DNA from: Microthyrium microscopicum
Lineage: Eukaryota
Reading direction: 5' to 3'
Assembly (NCBI GenBank): GCA_010405405.1
Contig: MU004230.1
Coordinates: 3,893,119-3,957,118 of the forward strand
DNA length: 64,000 nt
Positions 41,108 to 52,496 of the stretch are shown in pieces; the stretch's first letter is position 1; each line of letters begins with the position of its first letter. A program made the translations under genes and the position numbers. Under the pieces are notes generated by a model that worked only from the letters and a program-made list of their open reading frames with translations, ran no database searches and was not told the DNA's origin.

Positions 41108-42048
41108 TTACCGGCTAATTACTTTTCGGTGCGTTTCTAGTAAGGACTTGACCTGAGTTGTACCTCTTTGTACAACCGACTCCATCTCCTTGTGGGCCTT
41201 TTGAATGTCATCTGGATTGACAGTCTTAGCGACCTGCATTGCCCTGAGTTTTTTGTGCTTCTGTGCCCTGGCATCCTGGACTAGTTCAAGTGCTATGTGG
41301 GAAATTTTGGTGGCCGCATCTAGGGCCGCCTGACGGCTTTCGCCAGTTGGTGGAGGAATGTTGATTGTTAAAGTCGTGGGAGCTTCTTCGGTAGGTCCTT
41401 GGGGCGCGAGTGACAGGTTTGATGCTTGGATGGCAGATTTAACAGGTTTTACGTGCTATTCAAAGATTGCATTAACTTTTTCCGTTTTTGGACATGATCA
41501 TGATCAGGTACAAAATGACTTACATCTTCATCACTCAGTATGACCTGGATTTGCATCCCTTTGGTCACAAGCTGGGCCACATCATGTAGTTTTACGGTGT
41601 CCGTGGTGGTTTTGTCAAGCTTGACTTCTATCTTCTCCAATACTTTTGGGTTGAGAGTGCCTCCCGCCTTTAATTCGCCTAATTTATGTGTCATTTGCTC
41701 GATAGCCTTTAAGATTTTGCGTTCCAGGTTTGTGAAATCAAAGGCTTCGTCATAGGCGTCTTGAGCGGCTGTTACGCTCTTGCCTCCGCTCCTGGTCGCG
41801 TCCTCCGCTCCGTCTTCCGCATCGTTTCGGGACTTGTTCTTCTTCTTGGCAAGCAGAGGCGTTGTGGAGAAGTGGGCGCGAGCGGGAACAGAAGGGAACA
41901 CAGCGTTGTGATTGGTTGTCTGAGGAGTTTGGTGACAGTAGAGCGCGGCGGATAAAGAGACAGCATTATGATTGCGTGAAGGGTATATTGTCGGGCCTGC
42001 CGATAGTCGATGAAGAGTCTTTGCTCTAAGAGCTAACCGCGGAACCAT
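41108..42048 (-). CDS. RRF1: Mitochondrial ribosome recycling factor
   Basis: Arg-rich presequence ending FSTTP, then L.DVAQLV, AIQASNLSLAP, IPPPTGESR and DDIQKAHKEME. Intron 41523-41456. Confidence 0.85.
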
Positions 42049-43870
42049 TATCCAGGTGAAAGGGAAGGGAAACCGGTCCGTATTGGCGGATAGTTGGATT
42101 GGGCAAGTTTGGTCACCTCGAAAAAAAAGATTGAAAGCAACAACAGCTTGTGACTTTGCTTAAGAAAACAATATAGGACCCTTGTAAGTTTTTTTGGAGT
42201 CGTTGCCAATGGCTATTAAACAACACTTGGCGCCGTCATAACATTACGCAAGCCACTACGCGGATCTTAATGGTTTCATTGGTTTAGATGAAGAAGCTCC
42301 ACAGCGAAAGCCAATTGCAGGCCGTATTTTCCGATACTTACGGGCGGGTAAGCGGCTAGTCTAGCGCTAGACGCCACGTGGAAGAAAGCTGGCGATCTTC
42401 TCGCAACTTCAGTTCATCCAGTGTCTACTGGTACTGTACTCTATCACAACAACAGAGCATTGAACAATGAAGCGGCCGCTACGACAATCAAGGACCTCTC
42501 CCACGTGGAAAGAAAATTCATGAGTCTTCCTTTGAGAATCCCGATCTCCTAGATCCAGCCCTTGAGTTTGTTGGTGCGTTTCGTACCCTTAAGATTGACT
42601 GCTGAATAACAAGCTGTCATATCAGGGTCAATTGAATTACTTTCCAATACTAATACACGATTGTCATTATCTCTTCCATGCACCTGGCTCTCGCTAAAAC
42701 CATCGCTTTGTCCACCATTAAACCTTTTACGCATGCACCAATCACTATAGGTCAAAAACTCGAAGACTTAATTTCTAACGCCAGTATCAAAAGATCTACG
42801 TTGGCAACCGGCCTCAGTAACGAGATTAACCACAAGGATATCTTTGCAGCACTATACTCTGTTGTGGGGTACCGCTGTTTTCCCACCTTCTCCCGTATAT
42901 GATCGATGCCCTAGCAGAAACAGCTCCCCTGAGAAAATCTTCAGGCCAATGGCAACTATCGAGAAGCTTAGTATTGCTTACTTATAGGATATGAAAGATG
43001 TCATAAGTACATTTTGTCGCGTGTTGCGTCCCCTAGAATTGACTCTATAGGGTCTTCTGCATTTGTCTACAATAACACCAATTTGTGTAATCTCCGACAT
43101 CTGCAATACAAATATCGCATTTACTACCGTATTGAATGGTAATCAAACCCTCAATGCATATCGGAATTTGTGGTGTCTATCTGGACTGTGAGTGTTGTCA
43201 AAATCAACTGCCAATTGATCGACGCGTAAGCACATTTTATCAGCATCAAGCTTTAATATATTCCTAGTAGTAGATTAAAACTTTGTTCATCCTTAGAGCT
43301 CTGACGTCAAATATACAATCGGCGCCTGGCTTCATATACCCAGATGACCATCATCTGCCATTTGACACATGGGAGTAGTGCGGATTGAAAATCTCAATGT
43401 GTGATCTGCGCATGAAATAAATTTTATAATGCATGCACTAATATTCTCCTAGCTTCTATAACCCCTATCAATCCGCTTTGCTTGCAAGAACCATATATGC
43501 ATTGACCAATACCAGCCTTCCGCGGTTATGGTTCAAGTTGCGAGTATATTATCGCCTTAGCTTGCATGGACAGCACTGATTTCTCTCCACTGCTTCACCA
43601 GGTTTGCAATGACCGACACAGCCGCGTGTACCTGGAAAGATTGAGTCATAGGACCTTTCGTAGTAAGAAAGTGATATTCCACTTGGGAGCTCTGATTACA
43701 GGACCCTTTTCTATATTGTCATTATCATAACAGAAAAGATACAAGCTTCAAGTATTTAACACTTGCTACATTCCGCATTGAATGATCCTGTTCACCACAA
43801 ACCATCACTACCACCTCAAACACATATCAAGAGCAGCACAGCTTGTCCACTCTTTTCCAAATCCATCAAC

Positions 43871-44545
43871 ATGAAGTTCTCCACCGTCCTTACCTTCGTC
43901 ACGGCCATTGCCGTCGCCCAGGCCCAGGCGCCCAAGGGAATGCCCAAGAGCCCCAAGGCCAGCACCTCCTCTGCTGCTGCCGCCGGTGCCACTCCCCCAG
44001 CTGCTGCACCAAAGGCTCCGGCACCAAAGGCCCCAGCAGGCGGCCATTCTCATGGCATGCTTATGATGCGTCAAGCACCACCAGCGCCAAAGGCACCAAT
44101 GCCAAAGGCACCCATGCCCAAGGGCCCACCCAAGGCCAGCACCTCTGCTCCCGCTTCCGCTGCCACTCCCCCAGCTGCTATGCCAAAGGGCGCCGCACCA
44201 CCAAAGGCAGCTGGCGGCCACAGCCACAGCAAGCGTCAAGCACCACCAGCCCCAAAGGCGCCAATGCCAAAGGCACCCATGCCCAAGGGCCCACCTAAGG
44301 CAAGCGCCTCTGCTCCCGCCTCAGCTGCCACTCCCCCAGCTGCTATGCCAAAGGGCGCCGCACCACCAAAGCCCGCTGCCGGCGGACACTCTCACGGAAT
44401 GTTGAAGGCCCGTCAAGCACCAAAGGCACCAATGCCAAAGGGCCCAGCCAAGGCTAGCACTTCCGCTCCAGCTTCCGCTGCTACTCCTCCACCAAAGGCT
44501 CCTGCACCAAAGGCCCCAGCAGGTGGCCATAGCCATGGAATGTAG
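43871..44545 (+). CDS. Secreted tandem-repeat peptide precursor (Kex2-processed repeat protein-like), 224 aa
   Basis: Good start context (CAACATG) and signal peptide MKFSTVLTFVTAIAVAQA. Four repeats start QAP at 43925, 44072, 44237 and 44414, each carries GGHSH near its end, and they are separated by LMMR, SKR and LKAR. Confidence 0.88.
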   Translation: MKFSTVLTFVTAIAVAQAQAPKGMPKSPKASTSSAAAAGATPPAAAPKAPAPKAPAGGHSHGMLMMRQAPPAPKAPMPKAPMPKGPPKASTSAPASAATPPAAMPKGAAPPKAAGGHSHSKRQAPPAPKAPMPKAPMPKGPPKASASAPASAATPPAAMPKGAAPPKPAAGGHSHGMLKARQAPKAPMPKGPAKASTSAPASAATPPPKAPAPKAPAGGHSHGM

Positions 44546-44984
44546 ACCTTGGTTTTACAAAAAGAATCAGATATTACTGAGCGGCGAATAATGTGATGGA
44601 AGAATGTGATGATAAGGAATAGAGAGATTTCTAGCTCCAAGGTTTATCTAGTATATAAATAAAAGGGCTTTTTGAAGCTGAATTATAACCAAGAAACAGT
44701 TCCGTCGTTCGTGTGAATCGATCCATGTCAATATGTGTCTCAGCCTTGCTCAGCCTTATGTGTTGTACATATGACCAATCACAATGCTAGCCTCAGCTAC
44801 GCTAAGACAATTCACTTACGTACCCCATCGCGAAACGGACGTTTCTCAGCACTGGTACGATCTTACCGACTCAGTTGACGTTTCAAGGGAGCCTGTAGCC
44901 ATGTCTTTCCTAATTTCTTCCATTCATATATAATATCAGAATTTACCCATACTGTCGTTTTAATCTCACAGCACATTACCAAAC

Positions 44985-45929
44985 ATGGCAGACGGCCCAC
45001 TGATGCTGCTCATCTTGAGCGCCATCATGGCCACCAGCTCTTTCCTAGCCGGCATGCTTCCTTTATCTCTCAGTCTTTCGCAACGGCAGCTACGAATAAT
45101 CACCGCCCTCGGCAGCGGCATACTTATAGGTACGGCTCTCGTCATAATCATCCCCGAAGGCATCGAGACTCTGTACGCACACCACGAGATCACGAAACGA
45201 GCAACGAGCAAAGACGAACATGACGATGATCAGAATAGCTCGGTTGTAGGCATATCGCTGGTCTTTGGCTTTGCGCTCATGTATCTCATCGACGTCCTTC
45301 CTCCCCTCACGTTCCGCCAACCTTCTGCCGATAGTCACATCCCATTGACGTCCCTGGACGGCGAGCCATTGACACCGTATAAGTCTCCAGCTGGACAGTC
45401 GCATGCGCATGCCACGACGATTGGGCTGCTCATACATTCGTTTGCAGACGGTATTGCGCTCGGCGCATCATCATCTGTACCGGCCGTCGGTCTAGTAGTC
45501 TTTGCTGCGATAATGCTGCACAAAGCACCCGTCGCTTTTGGATTGACGACAGCGTTGTTGAAAGATGGTGTAAATAAGCGCGCGGTGCGTGGACATTTGG
45601 TGTTGTTTAGTCTGGCGGCGCCGATGGGAGCGTTTGTGACGTGGGCTTTTATACAGCTTTTGGCTGGGGGAAAGGCGGGTAGTACGTTCTGGACGGGTGT
45701 GGCGTTGATATTTTCTGGGGGCACATTTTTGTGAGTATTGTAATCTCTTTTGACCAGGAGGATTGGTGCTGACTTTCGCAGGTATGTTGCTATGCATTCG
45801 ATGCAGAGCTCGAATCATAATGGAGGAGGTGAGGCTTCACTTCAGAAGGCGGATGTGCTGTATACTTTGGTTGGTATGCTTTTACCGCTACTTACAAGGA
45901 TAGGTCATGGGCATGCTCATGGTCATTGA
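44985..45929 (+). CDS. ATX2: ZIP-family metal transporter, ZIP9/Atx2 subfamily
   Basis: G.GILIGTAL.IIIPEG, GLLIHSFADGIALG, MLHKAP.AFGL and FSGGTFLYVA; C-terminal GHGHAHGH. Intron 45731-45781. Confidence 0.9.
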
Positions 45930-46747
45930 TGTATGACTATATTGTGATGATTTGATAGAACATAATGCCTCATAGAGCCAAATTTGAGTTAAATTGAGGA
46001 TGATCATATGGATCAAATGGCTTCCACACTTGATTAAGATTATCCAAGTGACCTGTCATGCAGCGGCCATGAATGTAAAGCGCCTCCACGAGAAATTGAG
46101 TGACGATATCAGGCCGGTATGCCTTTCAAGGCATTTGATTGCGGATGAAGCGATGGCCAAGCCTCATTCGCCATACAAGGCTGCAGTGAAGGCGATACTT
46201 GATCGCGAACATGTGGCCCAAAATTGTGTTGTGTACATCATCTCAGTGATCCGGAAAACGTATAGCATTTGAAATTGTCAGACTTTACGAAATGCGCTCT
46301 TGCGCATTACTCGGGATAATCTCCGAAATAGACTATCACCAAAACGTTGGTAGGCACTGGAGCTGAGAGGACATGATAGGCCAAGTGCTCACCATTGACC
46401 GGTCAATGGAACAGGCCAAAGTAGGCAAGTAAAGGCAAGCGGCAGGCGGGTTAGAGCCTAGATGCGCGCCTTCCTTGTCTTGCATTGTGCTGCTGGGTAG
46501 AACCTGCTCCTGCCGCTTGACTGCATCGCGCCTGCCTTGAATTGGAGGCCAGCACTGGTTGGGCCTTCCCAACCTCAACCCCACCTTAACATACAAAACA
46601 CCATCCATCCGTCTCTTAGTCTACACAACCTGTCATCCTTCTCCAATCTATCGACTTTTGCTACTCCCCTCAACAACAACATCTGTTCCCCTCAAAGCTT
46701 CTACAAACGACTATTACTCTCTTTACCTTCTCCAACACCCTTTCAGC

Positions 46748-47635
46748 ATGGTGAGCTGCCCAAAGTACCCCGCAGTCGACCATCTTGCGCACTCGTCGCA
46801 TCCAACGCCTGCTATCTCCTGTTGATCATGATGCTAACTCATAATCTAGGCCGATTCTCTTACCGAGGAGCAAGTCTCCGAGTTCAAAGAGGCATTCTCC
46901 CTCTTCGTACGCGCAACCCTCAGAACCCCCATGGTCTCTTCAGACGGACCCCCTGAAGAGATTTGTTTACGTCAGATCGCATTTGGCTAACAGGCAGCAA
47001 CAAACAGGACAAGGACGGCGATGGTCAAATCACCACCAAAGAACTGGGAACCGTCATGCGTTCCCTCGGCCAAAATCCTAGCGAATCTGAATTGCAAGAC
47101 ATGATCAATGAAGTTGACGCGGACAACAACGGTACCATCGATTTTCCCGGTAGGTAAATCCCGTTTATCTCCATGTTTTTGCACCACCACAAAATATCAA
47201 TCATCATCCGTCACGCGAGAAATGCTGGGCTTGGATCCGTGTAATGGCGCCGGTTCATTTCGGGCGGACCATTACAAGCGAACCATCTTCCGATATGCCA
47301 ACCACGTGCCATCTTCCCCCTTTTTATCCAATCGTTGCTCCCGCATCCATATAGAGCCTGGCAAGCTAACGACAAGCGTTCCGTTAGAATTCCTCACCAT
47401 GATGGCCCGCAAGATGAAGGATACAGATTCCGAGGAAGAGATTCGCGAAGCCTTCAAGGTCTTTGATCGCGACAACAACGGCTTCATTTCGGCCGCTGAG
47501 TTGCGCCATGTCATGACTTCGATTGGCGAGAAGCTCACTGACGAAGAAGTCGATGAGATGATTCGGGAGGCCGACCAGGATGGCGATGGACGAATCGATT
47601 ACAACGAATTTGTCCAGCTCATGATGCAGAAGTAA
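46748..47635 (+). CDS. CMD1: Calmodulin
   Basis: ATG-only first exon 46748-46750, then 46850-46906, 47008-47149, 47388-47635. Four canonical EF hands: [20 protein letters not shown]...[11 protein letters not shown]. Confidence 0.98.
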
Positions 47636-47925
47636 AAATCTTTATCTCCTCAACCTTAGTCTCAGCAACTCATCAAATATACCAAAGAGAAACTCACTTT
47701 TTCTTATTCCTGTTGTACTATTGCTCGAGATCATTGGAGCGGTTCTGTGACGTCTGACGAAGAATCTGCAGGCAACGTCTATTGCAAGTTTGATTACATG
47801 GGGACCAATGGATTGCGTGATGCATCCCGAATGAGACATATGCCACTTCTTCACTCCCTACTCGTCTTCTCTTGTTTGAGCTGGCATGCTGAGTAAGTCT
47901 TGCAGTCTGTGCCCGTGTATGGATG

Positions 47926-48184
47926 GATAGCATGGAAGCAGTAGCCAGCCAATGTTGACCGATGGACAAAATAACTGGCGTTCTCCCATCAGCGTCGATG
48001 GCTCCTAAAGCAACGTGTTATATTTCCCACCGTATTCGATAAATAATCGAAGTCTGAACGCCCTCTATAGCAAATAAAGCACTTAATAGCAGATCGTCTC
48101 ATATAGGAGCCATCGCACTCGTTGGGAGCGCGCCATTTATTTTGTCGACCCCTTGATAGCATGGAAGCAGTAGCCAGCCAATGT
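47926..48184. repeat. Foldback (43-bp imperfect inverted repeats) flanked by a perfect 30-bp direct repeat; MITE-like
   Basis: GATAGCATGGAAGCAGTAGCCAGCCAATGT at 47926-47955 and 48155-48184. Inverted arms at 47965-48007 and 48104-48146 match at 34/43 positions. Confidence 0.8.
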
Positions 48185-48964
48185 ATAACTAACTCACTTT
48201 CCGCTTTCTAAGATCTCACGAAAATCCCATATGCAAGTCTTGCGTTTAAGAATATGAAAATATGCTAATAAATACGACTATGAATTTCGCTCTAGCGTAC
48301 AGCCATCGTTCATCAATCTTGAAGAATACAGCAAAACTACACATTTTTTGAACATGATATCTCCAACCCAATCCAATATCGCGAAAAACCTTGAATGAGC
48401 AAACAGAACAATGACGACGCTAATGTGAATCTGAAGAAAAATAATATCCAAACGGTGCTCCGCCAAGCCATGGAATAATACCTCTTCCAATTTTTCCAAA
48501 GAGCCCAATGATGATGAATGATGAATGTGCATATGAAGTGAGAGAAACAAGCGCAGAAAAAGGAGAAACGAGAACGAGATGAATGCGTAAATCTGGGGAT
48601 TATCCTATGAAAATGCTGTGAATGAATTTTTGCTCTGTTTCGCAAAAAAGGTAACCCGCACGCCCTCAATGACTGATGCAAAAAAAGTTTTGTCCAAAAC
48701 CAAAACGAACAAGTATGAGAAAAATCGATATAACGACCAGTTTTTCCTGTAGCTTCCCGTATCCTCTGCTTCTGCTCGCTCGCTTTGCTGTACGCTCTGT
48801 TCTAGTGATAGAATTCTCATGGGTGCCTTTTATTTCCAATCGCACTGCCCGTGGTTTGTAGTATACACTGTGTCCATTCAACGTCCGTTATATCTTCCTT
48901 GGTGTTCAAGGCCAGTGGTATACAGCCATATCCTGTAACAACTGTTCTCCCGCTGTGAAGTGAA

Positions 48965-51900
48965 TCAACCTCCTTTGCGTTCTATAGGCGGTGGCGGTGC
49001 TGTCTCTGTATTCGCTTGCCGCGCTACAGCCGGTGCTGGTGCTGTCTCGCCGTTCGCTTGACGTGGTGTGGTATTCGCTTGGTTTGCTGCTGCCGCAGTG
49101 CGCGCCGCAGGCCCACTCTTAGAGCGCTTGCGAGGCTGCCGTTTGCGGCCGGAGCTTTGCGTTGTCCAATTTGCACCATTTTGCCCGTTGCCTTGTTGAC
49201 GTCCGTTAGCCGAACCAGCGGGAGCGGGCGTTGGAGGAATTGGTTCGGCGGGACGCATTGGCAAGGCATGCGTCATGTGGGCTGTGCCATTAGGTTGACC
49301 ATTAGGCAGTCCATTAGGTAAAGTATGAACGCCGTTGGGCAAGTTACCGTTGACGATGGGAGGACGCATATTCTCTGGCTTGCGTTGAACATTTGGTGAA
49401 GGGGTACGGGTTTCCATGACTGGGGAGAGTATTGGGGCGGATTTAGAGCCAGGAGTTTTGGAACCATCTTTGGTGTCTTTGGGTGATAGAGGATTCGAGT
49501 GTGGTGAAAAGGTTTGCCAGGGAGAGTGATGTTGACGAGTTGGAGATGTAACTATTTCTTCTTCCTGCGGCGCAAGTGGTGGGATCGAAGCCAATTGAGC
49601 ATCGCTCAAATTTGGGAAAGGCTGAGTAGGCGACATGACCCCATAACTTAAATCCGCCGGCACATTCTGCAGAAAGAGGCCATTTTGCGGATTCATGTGC
49701 TCCATGTCTCCATTGGAATAGTCTACTCCTTGGTAATAACCATATGGAGGATGAACAGATCCATCATCGGTGTACCCAGATTCACTAGCAGTACCAGGTG
49801 TTGCGAAGAGGATATTGTTTCCAATTTGCTCATCGGGAGTCGTAACAGGAAAGCCGGTGCTATCTGCTCTGGGGTGCTCGCTGCTTGGAGGAGAAGAAGA
49901 ATACGATGATCCATTCGCAATGATTAGACCCATTGGATTGGTGCTTGAGACAGGCGGCATTGCTGGACTCTGCATTTGCTCAGTGGACAGTGTGCCATTG
50001 GAACCACTTCTCGAAGAGCCAGGTAACGGAGCCGAACGAAGTGGATTCGAGTAATGACGAGAATGTCCAAGAGGTGAAGGCGACCGAGAAAGCTTCTTTC
50101 CACTAACATTTAGAGGCTGCAAGTCTCTGGTTCCCTTGTCTCTACGTTGTGACAAGTCTGTCTGTGATGTCTGCCGAGGAATGCCTTTCGGAGGAGGCAT
50201 TTGTTGACTTTGTGAATTATCGAAGTAGTACCCCACGTACTCTTTACCAGAACTGTCAGAAGGCATGCCCCCATTACGCATGGGCGTGTAATTGAACGGA
50301 ATTTCTGTCGGATATCCTTGAGTACCGTCAGGAAATTGCACGGGCATAAACTGAAGCCCCGACAATGGATTATACACAAGTTGAGGCCCACGAGCAGGCT
50401 GAGATTGTGACCTAGGATTACCAGCTCCGCTTCCCCCTGATACTGATGCACGCTGCATAGTTCGTCGAGCTGGTGTTGATGCGCCCAAAGAAGGAGAGGA
50501 AGGATTCGTCCTTGAGCCATCTTGAGAAACAGAATGGGACATCATCTGAGCTTGATCCATATTCCCAGGAAAGCCCATGTTGACATAATACGGGGCGTAC
50601 TGCCCAGTCATCCCATTCATATACATTCCCTGGTTCTGAGGATTACCATTGTTGTCTCTGGGCTGCGAGCCTCCACCTTGGACAACAGATTGTGCATGAG
50701 CAGCCGCAGCCATAGTAGCGGCATACTGGGGACTTGAAAAAAAAGGTGACTTCAAGTTAGCTCCAGGATAACCAAGCATTTGCCACTGTTGTTGAAGCGC
50801 CATGGCATCCATCATGAACTCGCCGTTCATTGGTACTGGACTTAGGAAAGTAGGGGTACCTCTTGAATAGGCAGAGCCACTGGATGCTCTTCTAGAGGAA
50901 GTCGCTGAGTGATTCCCACGGGACTGATTTCTGTTAGCACGTACGCTTCCATTTTTTCGACTCCCTGGGGCAGGACCAGCTGAGAGCTTTGGTTTTGGCA
51001 TTGTCGGAGCTTTCTTGAAAATGGGCTTCTCCTCCGCCGGGAACTCGTAAAGTTCGACCATTTTGTCGACCTTTGAATTGCAAATGTGCGTAAATGCTTC
51101 CCGGAGCTCCATGTGGATACCCCTGAAAGCGGTATCGTCCAGGGAATTACCCAGATTTCTCGACGTATTGAAGGGCTCCTCTATACAAAATCTCGGGTAC
51201 CCGTCTTTTGTATTCATTGTCCACCCCTTTTCTTTTCTTGTCAACACGCGCCCGTTCCGAGGTGAAACCACCGATTCCTCGTATTTGAACTCGAATGCGT
51301 AGAACCGGAAAAACTGAAAAATAAGATCCCCTAATGATGAGGTGTTTGCTTTGCCAAAATTTCGTAACTCATCAAGGTTGTCATTAAATCCCGATTCGGT
51401 TCCGTCTGTCGCTACGTAAGGTTTATGATCTCGGAGGTGAAGGGAAGGTAGTATGGGAGGATTCCGAATTTGTAGAAAATTTATGATGAGACATATCCAT
51501 GCATATGAGCTCAATGTTCCGCCATGGCCTGCAAGAATGTTAGTATATATGGGTTTGCGGTGATTTAAGAGTTTCTTACTGGCGTCGTTCAAGATTCGCT
51601 GTCGCGTCCAGTATTTGATAATCATGGCCATAGGACGCACTCGCTCATCGATCTGAACGTAAGTTTTGATCATTCGAGTGTTCTCGAGAGCCAGAGGATT
51701 GTTGACATTTAAATCAGCAGCGAGCTGATATTCAGGGTCCCAGACCTTAACAATTGGGATCTTTGCCTGTATACAATATACTCTCTCCATACCATCTGCA
51801 ATATATATTAGCATATGAGTGACGAGGCTAAAACAAACAACATACATCGATCTAGAGCCGCGGCTAAAATATGCATGGATTCCAGCTCCTTCATGTCAGT

Positions 51901-52496
51901 TTGAATGCACAAGTCAACTGTAAATTGTCAGCATCTGAGTACTCGAATCCATGAGATGGTCACAAACCATCCGAATCACTGGTACAAAGCATGTTGCCCG
52001 AAGAACCGAACACATGTACCTTGAATTCAAATCCGGGCCATTCTTTAAACAGAATTTGCTCAATCTTTTGCACAAAATCTTGGCGTCGCTTCTCGCTCTC
52101 CTCAGTCGGCAGTAACCGATCGTACAATTCTCGCATATCCCCACTGAGTTTTTTATCTTCCTTAGGGTCTAGGGTCTTTTTGGGTTCCTTCTCGGGAGGA
52201 TCCAACGGCTTGTCGCCGATATCGTATTGCATGCGGCGTCGGTTATATGCAAGTCGGCCCTCGTACTTGCATACTGGGCGACCATTGGGCAGCATTGAAG
52301 CTGATGGCATTGCCATTTCACTGACTACGGATCTTGGCGAATGACCACCACTTAATCCAGCTCGAGGCGAAGGCGATCGGGAACTGGGCGCAAAACCTCG
52401 ACGAGGACGTTGATGAGGTGTTGTAGGTACGCTATTAGAGCCTTGTGAAATCAGACTGGGCCGAGAGGGCGGATGCCCATTAGGTCTACCCGCCAT
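48965..52496 (-). CDS. CID13: Non-canonical poly(A)/poly(U) polymerase, Cid13/Cid1-like nucleotidyltransferase
   Basis: FGSSGNMLCTSDSDVD catalytic motif, AKIPIVK, D.NVNN.LALENT, GGTLSSY and IEEPFN..RNLG, followed by a long disordered tail. Introns 51967-51918, 51845-51796, 51579-51529. Start taken as the first in-frame ATG (uncertain). Confidence 0.9.

Noticed and set aside
43871..44545. Dikaritin/ustiloxin-type RiPP cluster
   Set aside because: No aromatic core residues in the repeats and no DUF3328, tyrosinase or tailoring genes nearby.
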